From positions 256,001-320,000 of the forward strand of contig CAWAWS010000014.1 in assembly GCA_963785725.1 (NCBI GenBank): a DNA stretch of 64,000 nt, given 5' to 3'. The notes under the pieces were generated by a model, which saw only the letters and a list, made by a program, of their open reading frames with translations, searched no databases and had not been told where the DNA came from. Positions 19,264-28,338 of this stretch are shown in pieces; within the stretch, counting starts at the first letter, position 1; the number at the start of each line of letters is the position of its first letter. Made by a program: the position numbers and the translations under genes. Source of the DNA: an uncultured delta proteobacterium. Its GTDB lineage: Bacteria; Myxococcota_A; Polyangia; Palsa-1104.

Positions 19264-20211
19264 ATGCCGACGCTGCAAGAGGTCCGCGCCATCCACGATC
19301 TGCCCTTGCCGGAGCTGCTCTTTCGCGCTCACGGTGTCCATCGCCAGCATCACGCCGCCAACGAGGTCCAGCTGTGCACGCTCCTGTCGGTCAAGACCGG
19401 CGGCTGCCAAGAAGACTGCGCTTATTGTCCGCAGAGCGCGCATTACGAGACGCCGGTCAGCGCCGAGAAGTCGCTCGCCGTCGCCGAGGTGCTCGACGCG
19501 GCGCAGAAGGCGCACGAGTCGGGCGCGACGCGGTTTTGCATGGGCGCGGCCTGGCGCGAGGTCAAGGACGGCCCCGCGTTCGACAACGTGCTGTCGATGG
19601 TGCGCGGCGTGAAGAACCTGGGCATGGAAGCGTGCGTGACGCTGGGCATGCTCAACGACGATCAAGCGCGGCGGCTCAAAGAGGCCGGCTTGACGGCGTA
19701 TAACCACAACCTCGACACCTCGCGCCAGCACTACAAGTCGATCATCTCGACGCGCACCTACGACGACCGCCTGGCGACGCTCGATCGCGTGCGCCGCGCG
19801 GGAATCACCGTGTGCTCGGGCGGCATCATCGGCATGGGCGAGTCGATCGACGATCGCTGCGCCATGCTGCAGACGCTAGCCGAGCTGTCGCCGCAGCCGG
19901 AGAGCGTGCCCATCAACACGCTCGTGGCGACGCCGGGGACGCCGCTGGCGGACCTGCCGCCGGTCGAGCCGATGGAGCTGGTGCGCATGATCGCGACGGC
20001 GCGCATCCTGATCCCGAAAGCGCGCGTGCGGCTGTCGGCGGGGCGCATGGCGCTCAACAAAGAGGCGCAGCTGCTCTGCTTCTTTGCCGGCGCCAACTCG
20101 ATCTTCTACGGCGAGAAGCTCTTGACCACGGGCAACCCGGACGTATCTGAAGATCAGGCGTTGCTCGCTTCGGCGGGCCTCAAAGCGGCGCCGTTGGAGG
20201 CTACTCCGTGA
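19264..20211 (+). CDS. bioB: Biotin synthase (radical SAM)
   Basis: [39 protein letters not shown] and GANSIFYG. Confidence 0.96.
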   Translation: MPTLQEVRAIHDLPLPELLFRAHGVHRQHHAANEVQLCTLLSVKTGGCQEDCAYCPQSAHYETPVSAEKSLAVAEVLDAAQKAHESGATRFCMGAAWREVKDGPAFDNVLSMVRGVKNLGMEACVTLGMLNDDQARRLKEAGLTAYNHNLDTSRQHYKSIISTRTYDDRLATLDRVRRAGITVCSGGIIGMGESIDDRCAMLQTLAELSPQPESVPINTLVATPGTPLADLPPVEPMELVRMIATARILIPKARVRLSAGRMALNKEAQLLCFFAGANSIFYGEKLLTTGNPDVSEDQALLASAGLKAAPLEATP

Positions 20212-20462
20212 CCGTGACCGTGAAGCGAATGCTGTTGGCGTCGGTCGGCGCATTCGCGCTGTTGGGGCTGACGGCGGCGCCGGCGCAGGCGAAGAAAAAG
20301 AAGAAGCCGACGCCGGCGGCGACGGTGCAGAAGTCGGCCGACGGGAACAAGATCCCGCCGGTGGGCGACAAGCGCACCAACGAGGGCGCGCAAGGGCGCA
20401 TGAACGCCACGGAAGACGCCGCGCAGCAGGCCGATTCGCCGCAGTTCGACCATCGTCCGTAA
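20208..20462 (+). CDS. Small secreted hypothetical protein
   Basis: GTGA overlap with the bioB stop; signal peptide ending AQA followed by KKKKK. Confidence 0.65.
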   Translation: MTVTVKRMLLASVGAFALLGLTAAPAQAKKKKKPTPAATVQKSADGNKIPPVGDKRTNEGAQGRMNATEDAAQQADSPQFDHRP

Positions 20463-20531
20463 ATTCAGGCGCGCCAACCGTCCTCGTGTGTCGCGGATTT
20501 CTCGCGGCGGCGATCCTGTTATAGTTCGCTC

Positions 20532-20696
20532 GTGCGGATCTTGAAGTATCAGCCGAATCGGCGTCGTCTGTTGCGCGCGCTCTTGACGGTGGCCGTGGGG
20601 GCGCCGGCGCTGCTGCGCTTCGGGCGCGTGCTCGATCGACCGCGAACGATCGAGCCTAAAGATCTGCCGCCGATTCCGTGGATCGGGCACTGCTGA
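20532..20696 (+). CDS. Unannotated 54-aa peptide, Tat-like N-terminus, C-terminal WIGHC
   Basis: Reads MRILKYQPNRRRLLRALLTVAVGAPALLRFGRVLDRPRTIEPKDLPPIPWIGHC. Extended -10 TGTTATAGT ends 6 nt before the GTG. Not listed in the supplied ORF track. Confidence 0.6.
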   Translation: MRILKYQPNRRRLLRALLTVAVGAPALLRFGRVLDRPRTIEPKDLPPIPWIGHC

Positions 20697-21050
20697 CGGC
20701 GCGCGGCGCCGATCGCGGCGCCTAGCGTTCGAGCTCGGGCACCGGTCGTCGGAGCCCTTCTTCCGCTTGAAGCCGGCTCCGGCTCGATGACGTAGTCGTG
20801 CGACACCGGATAGTCGAAGACCTCGAGATTGGGCAGCTTCGCCAGATCGGCGAGCCGCGAACGACCTGCGTCACGCAGCGTGGAACGATCGGCGCGTGTA
20901 TCGTCAGCGAGACGATCGCGCGATCACTCGGCGTCGTCGGTGCGCGGCTTCCCCACAGTTCATGCACGAAACGGTTTCGATCGCGTAAACCTACGCGCAG
21001 AAATTTGCGTCGCACGAGAGACGAGCGCTCATGGAACGAGGAGGTCGACC

Positions 21051-21536
21051 ATGCGCATGCTCTCGCTCGTCCTGGCGTTGGGAATGGCAGTGCCGCACAA
21101 AGCGCGCGCCCGCTCGACGACGGCCGAGCCGCCGACGCGCGAGCCGCCGCCGCAGAAGCAGTCGCGCCGTCGCGTCGCGCGCACCGGGCTGCTCGCGCTG
21201 CCGCCGTCGCGCTCGCCGTGTGGGCGTCATCTCGTCGAGGTCGACGGTGGCAGCGTCTACGTCGACGGCCGGCGCGTGCATCCGGCGACGGGCGCGGTCG
21301 AGCTGCTCGCGCCGCCGACGTGGCGCGACGATGGCGACGCCGTCGCCTGGCTCGAGCGCGGCGGCGGCGAGACGCGGCTCATCGTGCTGCCGCAGCTGTC
21401 GGCGCAAGCGGACGCGCTCGCTTGGCCGCTGCCGCGCGCGCTCGGCGGCGAGCAGGTCCACTGGGCCGGCACGCGTCGCGTCGTGGTCGGCCCGCAGATG
21501 CTGGATCCGCGCGCGGTCGCCAGCTGGAGCGAATGA
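21051..21536 (+). CDS. Hypothetical secreted protein with beta-propeller-like fragment
   Basis: GAGGAGG before ATG21051; signal-like start; SPCG and WRDDG blade-like motifs. Confidence 0.6.
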   Translation: MRMLSLVLALGMAVPHKARARSTTAEPPTREPPPQKQSRRRVARTGLLALPPSRSPCGRHLVEVDGGSVYVDGRRVHPATGAVELLAPPTWRDDGDAVAWLERGGGETRLIVLPQLSAQADALAWPLPRALGGEQVHWAGTRRVVVGPQMLDPRAVASWSE

Positions 21537-21555
21537 CGCGGCCGCCGTGGCGACG

Positions 21556-21573
21556 CGCGAACGCTTACTCGTC
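21556..21573. repeat. 18-bp dispersed repeat, copy 1
   Basis: CGCGAACGCTTACTCGTC, identical to 28667-28684. Confidence 0.75.
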
Positions 21574-21623
21574 GTAGCGGCCGTACCTCCGCAAAGTTGC
21601 TTCTCGATCCACCCGAGCGCCGC

Positions 21624-21746
21624 TCACCGCGGCGCTTGCAGCTGCGCCTTGCGCGCCACCGCCTGTCGCTTCATCACGATCGCCATCCCAAAGCTAGCCG
21701 CCGTCGCGATGATCACGAGCAGCGCCACGATCTTCCAGCCGCTCAT
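21624..21746 (-). CDS. 40-aa single-pass membrane peptide
   Basis: MSGWKIVALLVIIATAASFGMAIVMKRQ...; ATGA overlap with the upstream stop. Confidence 0.6.
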   Translation of the reverse strand: MSGWKIVALLVIIATAASFGMAIVMKRQAVARKAQLQAPR

Positions 21747-22570
21747 TTGACCCCGCCGCCGACGCGCGCCAACCACGCCTCCAGCACGTCGCTGAAATGC
21801 GCCGGCTCGTCCCACATGATCCAATGCGCCGCCTCGGGAAACACCTCGACCGTCAGCTTCGGCGCGTGGCCAAACCCCGCCTCGGCCAGCTCTTGCGCGC
21901 GCGGCTGCTTGCCCGGCATCAGCTCCTTCGTCGCCATCAGCAGCACCGGCATCGTCAGCGCCTTGCCGCCATCGCCGAGCGCGCCCGTCGCCAGCGCATC
22001 GATGTAACCCATCAGCGTCGCCGTCGACGTCTTGTCGAGCGACGGCCTCAGCCGCTCCATGTTCCCCGGCTTCATCATGCTGCCGTACCAGCGCGGCACG
22101 ATCGCATCGCGGTTCGCCTGCAGCTTCTGCTTCAGCTCCGCCGCGCCCGCCGCATCGAACGTGACGCCGATGCCCATGTCGACGACGACCAGCGCCGCCA
22201 CCAGCTCCGCATGCCGCTCCGCCAAATGCGCCGCCACGCCGCCGCCGAGCGAGTGGCCGATGACGATCGCCGGCGTCGCCTTCTCCGCGCGCAGCAGCGC
22301 CGCCAAATCATCCGCGATCGCATCCAAGCTCGGCCGGGCGACCGCCGGCGTTTGCCCATGTCCCGGCAGATCGACCGCGATCACCGTGTGCGACTTGGCC
22401 AGCCGCGCGCTCACCTCGCGCCATTCGTTGCGATCGCCGCCCAGGCAATGCACGAGCAGCACCGCCGGCCCCGAGCCGACGCGCGAGTGCGCCAGCTCGC
22501 CCGCATTCGCCGTGGCTTGCGTCGTCATCATCAGTCCTCCAAGCAGGGCGAGCAGCGCCGGCAGCTTCAC
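21743..22570 (-). CDS. Secreted alpha/beta-fold hydrolase
   Basis: GTG start overlapping the amidase stop. Signal peptide ending ANA; DLPGHG, GHSLGG nucleophile elbow and AAHW catalytic His. Confidence 0.88.
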   Translation of the reverse strand: MKLPALLALLGGLMMTTQATANAGELAHSRVGSGPAVLLVHCLGGDRNEWREVSARLAKSHTVIAVDLPGHGQTPAVARPSLDAIADDLAALLRAEKATPAIVIGHSLGGGVAAHLAERHAELVAALVVVDMGIGVTFDAAGAAELKQKLQANRDAIVPRWYGSMMKPGNMERLRPSLDKTSTATLMGYIDALATGALGDGGKALTMPVLLMATKELMPGKQPRAQELAEAGFGHAPKLTVEVFPEAAHWIMWDEPAHFSDVLEAWLARVGGGVK

Positions 22571-24474
22571 TTCTTCTTCTCGTCGTCGGGATAGCCCTTG
22601 GCCATGTCCTCGAGCTCGAGCTTCTTGCCGTTGTCGCCGAACGAGATGTCCTCGTCGTCGGTGAACCCTTCGGTGGCGTCGCCGTCGTCCTTGATGTTCG
22701 TCGGCGCCGCCTTGCCCTCGAACGTGCCTTCGCCGCCGATGCCTGCCGACGCCGTCTTGGCATTGCGCATCTGATCGTGCAGCCAGACGATGAACGTGAT
22801 CGGATGATAGTTCCACACGATCTTGTCCGCCGGCAGCTGCGCCTTGTCCTGCACCTCGTCGGTCCACCACAACACCGGCTCGATCTGATCGCGGAACATC
22901 TGCGCCCGCTGCGGCTTCGGCAGCGTCGCAAAATCGCGCGTCTTGTTCAGCGCCACCAGCCAATCGTTGTTGTCGGCCCACTCGCTCACGTGATGCACGG
23001 CCAGCTTGCGGAACGCCTCGCGCTGCGGATCGGCCTTGAAGAAATTGACCATCTCCGTGCGCGACAAGAGGCCGTCTTTCTTGCCGCCGGCGGTCGGCTT
23101 GTCGATGCGACCGACGATCTCCGGCGCGTCGCAAAAGCGGCTCATGCCCGAGCCCTCGACGAGCGTCCAAAAGCCGGGCTCGATCTTCTCGCCGATCTCG
23201 TCGCCGCTCATGATCTCGACGTGCAGCTGACCATCCATGCGCCCGGGCGGACCGGCTTCACCGACGTGACCGACGAGATCGCCGGCCGACACGTCGATGT
23301 CGAGCGGCACCGGATCGTCGGCCAATTGCTGCTGCGCCGTCTTGTACCAAGCGGGCACGTCACCTTGCGCCGACGGCTCTTGATCGAGATGAAACAGGAG
23401 CGTCCAGAAGCGAATCTGCGCCGAGCCGACGATCGTATCGGTGCGAATGAGCACGAAGTTGCGCGAGCCGACCGGGCACTCGTCGGTCATGCGCGCGGCC
23501 ACGATCTTGCCCGAAAACGGCGCGTAAACCGGCGTTCCCTGCGCGGCGCGCAGGTGCACGCCGCCGTGCCACAGTCGCGTCGCGCCGAACGGGCCGACCG
23601 GGTAATAACCGCCTTCGCCCTCCGATTCGTTATTCTCGAATAACGCGTTGGCGATTTCTTCCGCCTTATCCGGCTCCTCCGGCACATCGGGCTTGGAGCC
23701 GATGATGACGACGGGAAACACGCTGCGACCGCGAATCTTGCTCGCGAAAAACTTGAAGTCGAATGGACCGGGATCCCATTTCTGATCGGTGACGTGATAA
23801 TGGCCTAAATAACCGGCATATTCGCGCACGTCGCCGGACAACGAGCCCCACATCTGATCGCTGCCGTTGGTCGGATAGCTCTGCGGCAAGTTGGGGAAGA
23901 TGCGCGCCAGCGTCTTGCCGACGGAGATCATGCTGTCCATCTGCGCTTTGGTGTACGCGTAAGCGAGCCATTGGTGACCGTTGATCTTGCAGGTCACCTT
24001 GTCGCGCTTGCCGTGATAGTCGTTGGGGAAGCGCATGGCGTCGCCGCGGTTGGCGAGCTCGACACCGACGGAGATCTCGTTCACGCCCGCCGCCTGAAAC
24101 GCGCAGTCGACCAGATCGAGCGTCTGAAACACGGTGCCGTCGTTGTCGATGAGGAAGTGCACCGACAGCCCGCGCTCGTTGTGCAAGACCTGGAAACAGG
24201 TGCGCGAATCTTGGCAGCCGTCATGATGCACCACGAACTGCCGCACCACCTGCTTCAGGCGATCGATCGAGCGATCGGCGCCGATGAGCCGGCGCGGCCG
24301 CCAGCGATCGCGAATGCCGGCCATGCCTTTGGCCGGCTGAAAAGGCGGCACTTCCGACGGCTTGTCGGTGCGATGCGGCGTGTACGCGTTGACGCCCGGA
24401 TCGTCCTCGAACGTGACGACGCGCTGGCCGATGTCGTACTTCTTGCCGCAGACGATGATGCTGGAGCCCGGCAT
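22567..24474 (-). CDS. Amidase_2 N-acetylmuramoyl-L-alanine amidase fused to an M23-like/WHxxxH domain
   Basis: N-half: VVHHD, SVHFLID, NEISVGVE, GHYHV..KWDPG. C-half: GYYPVG, WHGGVH, GHVG, LHVEI, VSEW, VWNYHPITF. Acidic tail; no signal peptide. Confidence 0.85.
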   Translation of the reverse strand: MPGSSIIVCGKKYDIGQRVVTFEDDPGVNAYTPHRTDKPSEVPPFQPAKGMAGIRDRWRPRRLIGADRSIDRLKQVVRQFVVHHDGCQDSRTCFQVLHNERGLSVHFLIDNDGTVFQTLDLVDCAFQAAGVNEISVGVELANRGDAMRFPNDYHGKRDKVTCKINGHQWLAYAYTKAQMDSMISVGKTLARIFPNLPQSYPTNGSDQMWGSLSGDVREYAGYLGHYHVTDQKWDPGPFDFKFFASKIRGRSVFPVVIIGSKPDVPEEPDKAEEIANALFENNESEGEGGYYPVGPFGATRLWHGGVHLRAAQGTPVYAPFSGKIVAARMTDECPVGSRNFVLIRTDTIVGSAQIRFWTLLFHLDQEPSAQGDVPAWYKTAQQQLADDPVPLDIDVSAGDLVGHVGEAGPPGRMDGQLHVEIMSGDEIGEKIEPGFWTLVEGSGMSRFCDAPEIVGRIDKPTAGGKKDGLLSRTEMVNFFKADPQREAFRKLAVHHVSEWADNNDWLVALNKTRDFATLPKPQRAQMFRDQIEPVLWWTDEVQDKAQLPADKIVWNYHPITFIVWLHDQMRNAKTASAGIGGEGTFEGKAAPTNIKDDGDATEGFTDDEDISFGDNGKKLELEDMAKGYPDDEKKK

Positions 24475-26069
24475 TATTCGATCCTGAATTTCATTTGCGT
24501 GTTACCGAAGCGCAGGAGATCGCCGTCGTTCAGGCGAGTCGGCTGCGCGATGCGCTGGCTGTTCACGAAGGTGCCGTTCGTCGAGCCCAAGTCGGTGACG
24601 ACGAACAGAGTCCCGCGCTGCGCCAGCTCGGCGTGGCGCGTGGAGACGGCGGGGTCGTCGCCGATCTGCAGCGACGACGGGCCTTTGCCGACGCTGACCG
24701 GCTGCGCGCCGACGTCGACGCGCTGGCCGGCGAGCGCGCCCGAGACGACGATGAGCACGCCGCGCGCCGTCGCCGCCGTCGGCTCGACGCGACCGGCGAC
24801 CGCGACCGGCGCGATCGGCTGCGGCGCCGGCTGAGCCGCCGGCGGCGCCTGCGTTTGCGGCTGCGCCTTGCCGTCGCGATAGGGCGAAAACTTCATCGGC
24901 TTCTTCGGCCTGGCCGCCGCGCGCGAGAGGCCGACGGCGACCCCGCCACCGACGAGCACGAGCGCCGCCAACAGCCACAGCCACCAGGTGTGCGTTTCCG
25001 GCCCCGGACCCGGCGGACCGATGACCAGCACGTTCGAGGTCAGATCTTCCACCGCCAGCTGGAGCCTCTTGCCGTCGAGCGAACGGGTGTCGAGCTTGAA
25101 CGTCAACACGTACTGCTTGTTGAGCTCGTCGGTGAGCGTATCGATCTGCGCGCGCAGGTCTTCCGCCGTCTTGGCCCAGCGAAACGTGCCGTTCGAGCGC
25201 TTGGAAATTTCGCCCAGGTTGAGCAGCGGGCCGCGCTCATCCGTCGGCGAGAACGCGATCGTGTGGATCGGCACGTGCGCCCGCGCCGCCGCGTCGCCGA
25301 GCGCCTTGAACGTCTTGTGGTCCATCTGCGAGTTCAGCCCGTCGGACACGACGGCGATGAGCCGGCGCGCCTGGCGACCATCCGGGCGCGGCTTGTTGAG
25401 CTCGATGAGCGCCGCGTCGACCGCTTTGACGAGCGACAGATCGCCGGCTTCACCGTCGGTCGTGAGGTCATCGACGTCGCCGCCGACCGCGCCCGCCGGA
25501 CGAAAGGGCGGATGCGACGTGACGTCGGCGCCGTAGTCGACCAGCAGCACGCGCACCTTCGGGCTCAGCCCGTCGAGCAGCGCGTGCACGGCGTCCTTGA
25601 CCTTGTCGAGCGGCTCGCCGTCACCCGCGGGCACGACGACCGGCGCCGGCGGCGTGACCGGCGGCGCCGCCGGCTTGTGGCCCTTGAGCGCCTTCGTCGC
25701 CTTCGGTTTCGGCGGCAGCGGCGGCGGCACGACGATCTGCTTCGGCCCGTACAGCGCCGAGGACTCGACGACGAGCACCAGATCGAGCGGCTCGCCCGCG
25801 GGGCCGAACGGCTGCGCTTTGAGCGGCCGGCCCACGTTCTTGCCGTCGATGCGCAGCGTGAACGCCGGCGCCGCGTGGTCGTCGTCGACGTTGCCTTCGA
25901 GCTCGACGACGGACGCGTAGAGCCGCACCGTGCCGTCGTCGGCGAGCTGCGCGTCGTCGACGCGCTCGAGGCGCAGGCGTGGCTTCGACGCGCCGGCCAA
26001 GGTCGAGACGGCCAAGGTCGAGACGGCCAAGCCGAGAACGAGCAGCGACAGGCGGCGGCGCACGGTCAA
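24474..26069 (-). CDS. Membrane protein: exported VWA domain, TM helix, cytoplasmic FHA domain
   Basis: Signal peptide; VWA motifs LVLVVESS and VVSDG, then YVLTF; TM WWLWLL..; FHA VSTRHA..DLGSTNGTFVN..GDLLRFG. Start uncertain by a few codons. Confidence 0.85.
   Translation of the reverse strand: MTVRRRLSLLVLGLAVSTLAVSTLAGASKPRLRLERVDDAQLADDGTVRLYASVVELEGNVDDDHAAPAFTLRIDGKNVGRPLKAQPFGPAGEPLDLVLVVESSALYGPKQIVVPPPLPPKPKATKALKGHKPAAPPVTPPAPVVVPAGDGEPLDKVKDAVHALLDGLSPKVRVLLVDYGADVTSHPPFRPAGAVGGDVDDLTTDGEAGDLSLVKAVDAALIELNKPRPDGRQARRLIAVVSDGLNSQMDHKTFKALGDAAARAHVPIHTIAFSPTDERGPLLNLGEISKRSNGTFRWAKTAEDLRAQIDTLTDELNKQYVLTFKLDTRSLDGKRLQLAVEDLTSNVLVIGPPGPGPETHTWWLWLLAALVLVGGGVAVGLSRAAARPKKPMKFSPYRDGKAQPQTQAPPAAQPAPQPIAPVAVAGRVEPTAATARGVLIVVSGALAGQRVDVGAQPVSVGKGPSSLQIGDDPAVSTRHAELAQRGTLFVVTDLGSTNGTFVNSQRIAQPTRLNDGDLLRFGNTQMKFRIE
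25995..26031. repeat. 15-bp tandem repeat (~2.5 copies) in the signal peptide
   Basis: GGCCAAGGTCGAGAC twice plus GGCCAAG, encoding LAVSTLAVSTLA. Confidence 0.85.
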
Positions 26070-26168
26070 CGGGCAAAACGCTAGCGCATCGGCCAGATCC
26101 CGTCGAGCCCTTGTACTTGTATTCCGGCGGGCGGGCCAGCGCCGTGCGCTAGGTCATCGACCTACGCG

Positions 26169-26453
26169 TCAGATCGTGTCGAGATCGTCGTTGCCGATGT
26201 TGGGGGCCCAGACGTGAACGGTGTGCTCGACGAGCTGCTCCTGCGCGAACGGATCGTCGGCGATGATGCGCGCGAGCTCGGCGTCGTCGTCGGTGCGCAA
26301 GAGCAGCGCGCCGCCCGTGCGCGGCACCAACGGGCCGGACGCGACCAGCTTTCGCCGCGCCTTCAAGCCGCGCAGATAGGCGCGATGGCGATCGACCGTT
26401 TCGTTCAACCGCTCCATCGGGACCAGATACCGCAGCACTACGTATGCGTACAT
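26169..26453 (-). CDS. yciI: YciI family protein
   Basis: HRAYL, SGP..PRTGG and DDPF motifs; 94 aa. Confidence 0.85.
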   Translation of the reverse strand: MYAYVVLRYLVPMERLNETVDRHRAYLRGLKARRKLVASGPLVPRTGGALLLRTDDDAELARIIADDPFAQEQLVEHTVHVWAPNIGNDDLDTI

Positions 26454-26681
26454 GAGGGCCCTCCGCCCGCTGATGTGTCGTCAGCTTGCTGACGTTCATA
26501 ACGCATCCGCTGTCGCGCGGCCACGCACTCGGCGGCACTCGTCCCTGCAGTAAGCGACCTGTTCAAAGGGTGTTAGCTGCCACACGTCTTACAAATTGAC
26601 GCCTACACGGAGGCATTGCGATTGTGTGACGCGAAAGCCGAATTACCAGAATCACACGCCAAACGTTGGAGGAGGTGCACC

Positions 26682-28301
26682 ATGCGCAACTTGCGGTGGA
26701 TACTCGTGGCAGCGGTAGCAGCGGGCGGCTGTGCTGGCCAAACCAGCGTCGAAGAAGGCGGGTCGACCAGCGAGGCGCTGTCCGCGTCCGAGCAGCATGG
26801 TCACGATGTCTGGTTCAAGTCGACCTTCGGCGGCGAGAAGTTCTTCTCGCTGATCTTGCCGTCGGCGCCCTTCAACTTGTCGGTCGGCTTCGACGAGGTG
26901 CTCGCCTCCGATCGCAACACGCGCTTCGAGAACTTTGGCGTCATCAACGATCCCGACTGCGTGCAAGGTGACGCGTCGACGGGCGGCCTCGACAAGTGCG
27001 CCGACGACGCCAACATGTTCACCAGCCCGCAGGGCGCCAGCGCCGGTCTCGTCGGCGTGCGCAAGTTCGCCAACCCGAATTACACGCCGACCAACGGGCA
27101 GCCGCCGGTGCTCGTCGGCGTCACCTGCGCCGCTTGCCACGCCGGTCTCGACGCGCAGCATCCGGCCGCCGATCCCGATCACCCGACGTGGGCGCAGATC
27201 CACGCCACCACCGGCAACCAGTACATCGGCATCGGCAAGATCTTCGGCGCGCATCTGTCGACGCATGACCCGCGCTTCCAGGTCTTTCACACGTGGGGTC
27301 CCGGCACCGTCGACACGACGGCGATCGAGAGCGACGGCATCAACAACCCCGGCATCATCACGCAGTTCTTCAACCTCGGTAAACGCCCCTATTTCAACGT
27401 GACCGAGAACGGCGCGGCCTTGCCGCCGGCGCATCGCGCGGGTCAGGGCGGCGAGGACGACGCCGGCTGCACCGCCGCCGCCTTGCGCGTCTTCTTCAAC
27501 ATCGGCATGTGCGCGGCGGAGTGCATGGTGCCGCATCTGGCGAACGGACCGGGCGGCACGCAGACGCCGATCGATCAGGTCGAGTGCGCGCAGGTGTGCC
27601 CCGATTTCGTGCAGGCCCAGGCCGACGTCGTCGATATGTGCGCGTTCATGGCGACGACGACGCCGCCGTCGCTGGCGCAGACGGCGGGCGGCCAGTCGTA
27701 CATCACGTCCGATCGCAGCGTGCTGGCGCGCGGGCAGCAGGTGTTCACGCAGAACTGCGCGTCGTGCCACGGCGGCGCGGTGTTGTCGGACGATCAGGTG
27801 CACGTCGCGTCGGACATCGGCACCAACAGCTGCCGCTCGAAGACGACCAACTGGACCTCGGGTCACATCTGGGCCGAGTTCTCGTCCGATCAGTACAAGG
27901 CGCGTCCGACGGGCGGCCCCGGCTACTACCGCGACGTGCCGCTCATCGGCATCTGGGCCACCGCGCCGTTCTTGCACACGAACGCGCTCGGTCTCTACAA
28001 CGGTGACCCGAGCGTCAAGGGGCGCGTCGCGGCCTACGAAGAGTCGATGTTCGAGCTGCTCAATCCGCTGTCGCGCGACTACTTGGGCTCGATTCAGACG
28101 ACGACCGATACGGTCAACATCCCGGGCATTCCGATCGCGCTGCCGAAAGGCACGCCGGTCGCGCTCTTCGCCAACTTGAACCCGGCCAATCCGCTCGACA
28201 ACTTGTGCCCCGATCTCGTCGAGAACGAGGGCCACACGTTCGGCTGGCTGTTGCCGCCGGGTGACAAGTACGCGCTCACGGAGTGGCTCAAGACCCAGTA
28301 G
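26682..28301 (+). CDS. Di-heme c-type cytochrome lipoprotein (RoxA/cytochrome c peroxidase-like superfamily)
   Basis: GGAGGAGG RBS and lipobox AGGC. Heme motifs CAACH and CASCH, plus PLIGIWATAPFLH and a terminal GHTFG..K.AL.EWLK. Confidence 0.8.
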   Translation: MRNLRWILVAAVAAGGCAGQTSVEEGGSTSEALSASEQHGHDVWFKSTFGGEKFFSLILPSAPFNLSVGFDEVLASDRNTRFENFGVINDPDCVQGDASTGGLDKCADDANMFTSPQGASAGLVGVRKFANPNYTPTNGQPPVLVGVTCAACHAGLDAQHPAADPDHPTWAQIHATTGNQYIGIGKIFGAHLSTHDPRFQVFHTWGPGTVDTTAIESDGINNPGIITQFFNLGKRPYFNVTENGAALPPAHRAGQGGEDDAGCTAAALRVFFNIGMCAAECMVPHLANGPGGTQTPIDQVECAQVCPDFVQAQADVVDMCAFMATTTPPSLAQTAGGQSYITSDRSVLARGQQVFTQNCASCHGGAVLSDDQVHVASDIGTNSCRSKTTNWTSGHIWAEFSSDQYKARPTGGPGYYRDVPLIGIWATAPFLHTNALGLYNGDPSVKGRVAAYEESMFELLNPLSRDYLGSIQTTTDTVNIPGIPIALPKGTPVALFANLNPANPLDNLCPDLVENEGHTFGWLLPPGDKYALTEWLKTQ

Positions 28302-28338
28302 CCCTTGCGCTCATGCGCGGATGCGTTACGGTCCGCGC

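Noticed and set aside
19264..20696. Radical SAM plus small peptides as a RiPP cluster
   Set aside because: The enzyme has every canonical BioB motif and no SPASM or RRE domain; the peptides are reported separately.
21743..22570. Alpha/beta hydrolase as BioH because bioB is near
   Set aside because: It has a signal peptide, lies on the opposite strand and is coupled to the amidase operon.
22567..24474. Phage endolysin or prophage
   Set aside because: No phage structural, integrase or terminase genes; codon usage looks host-like.
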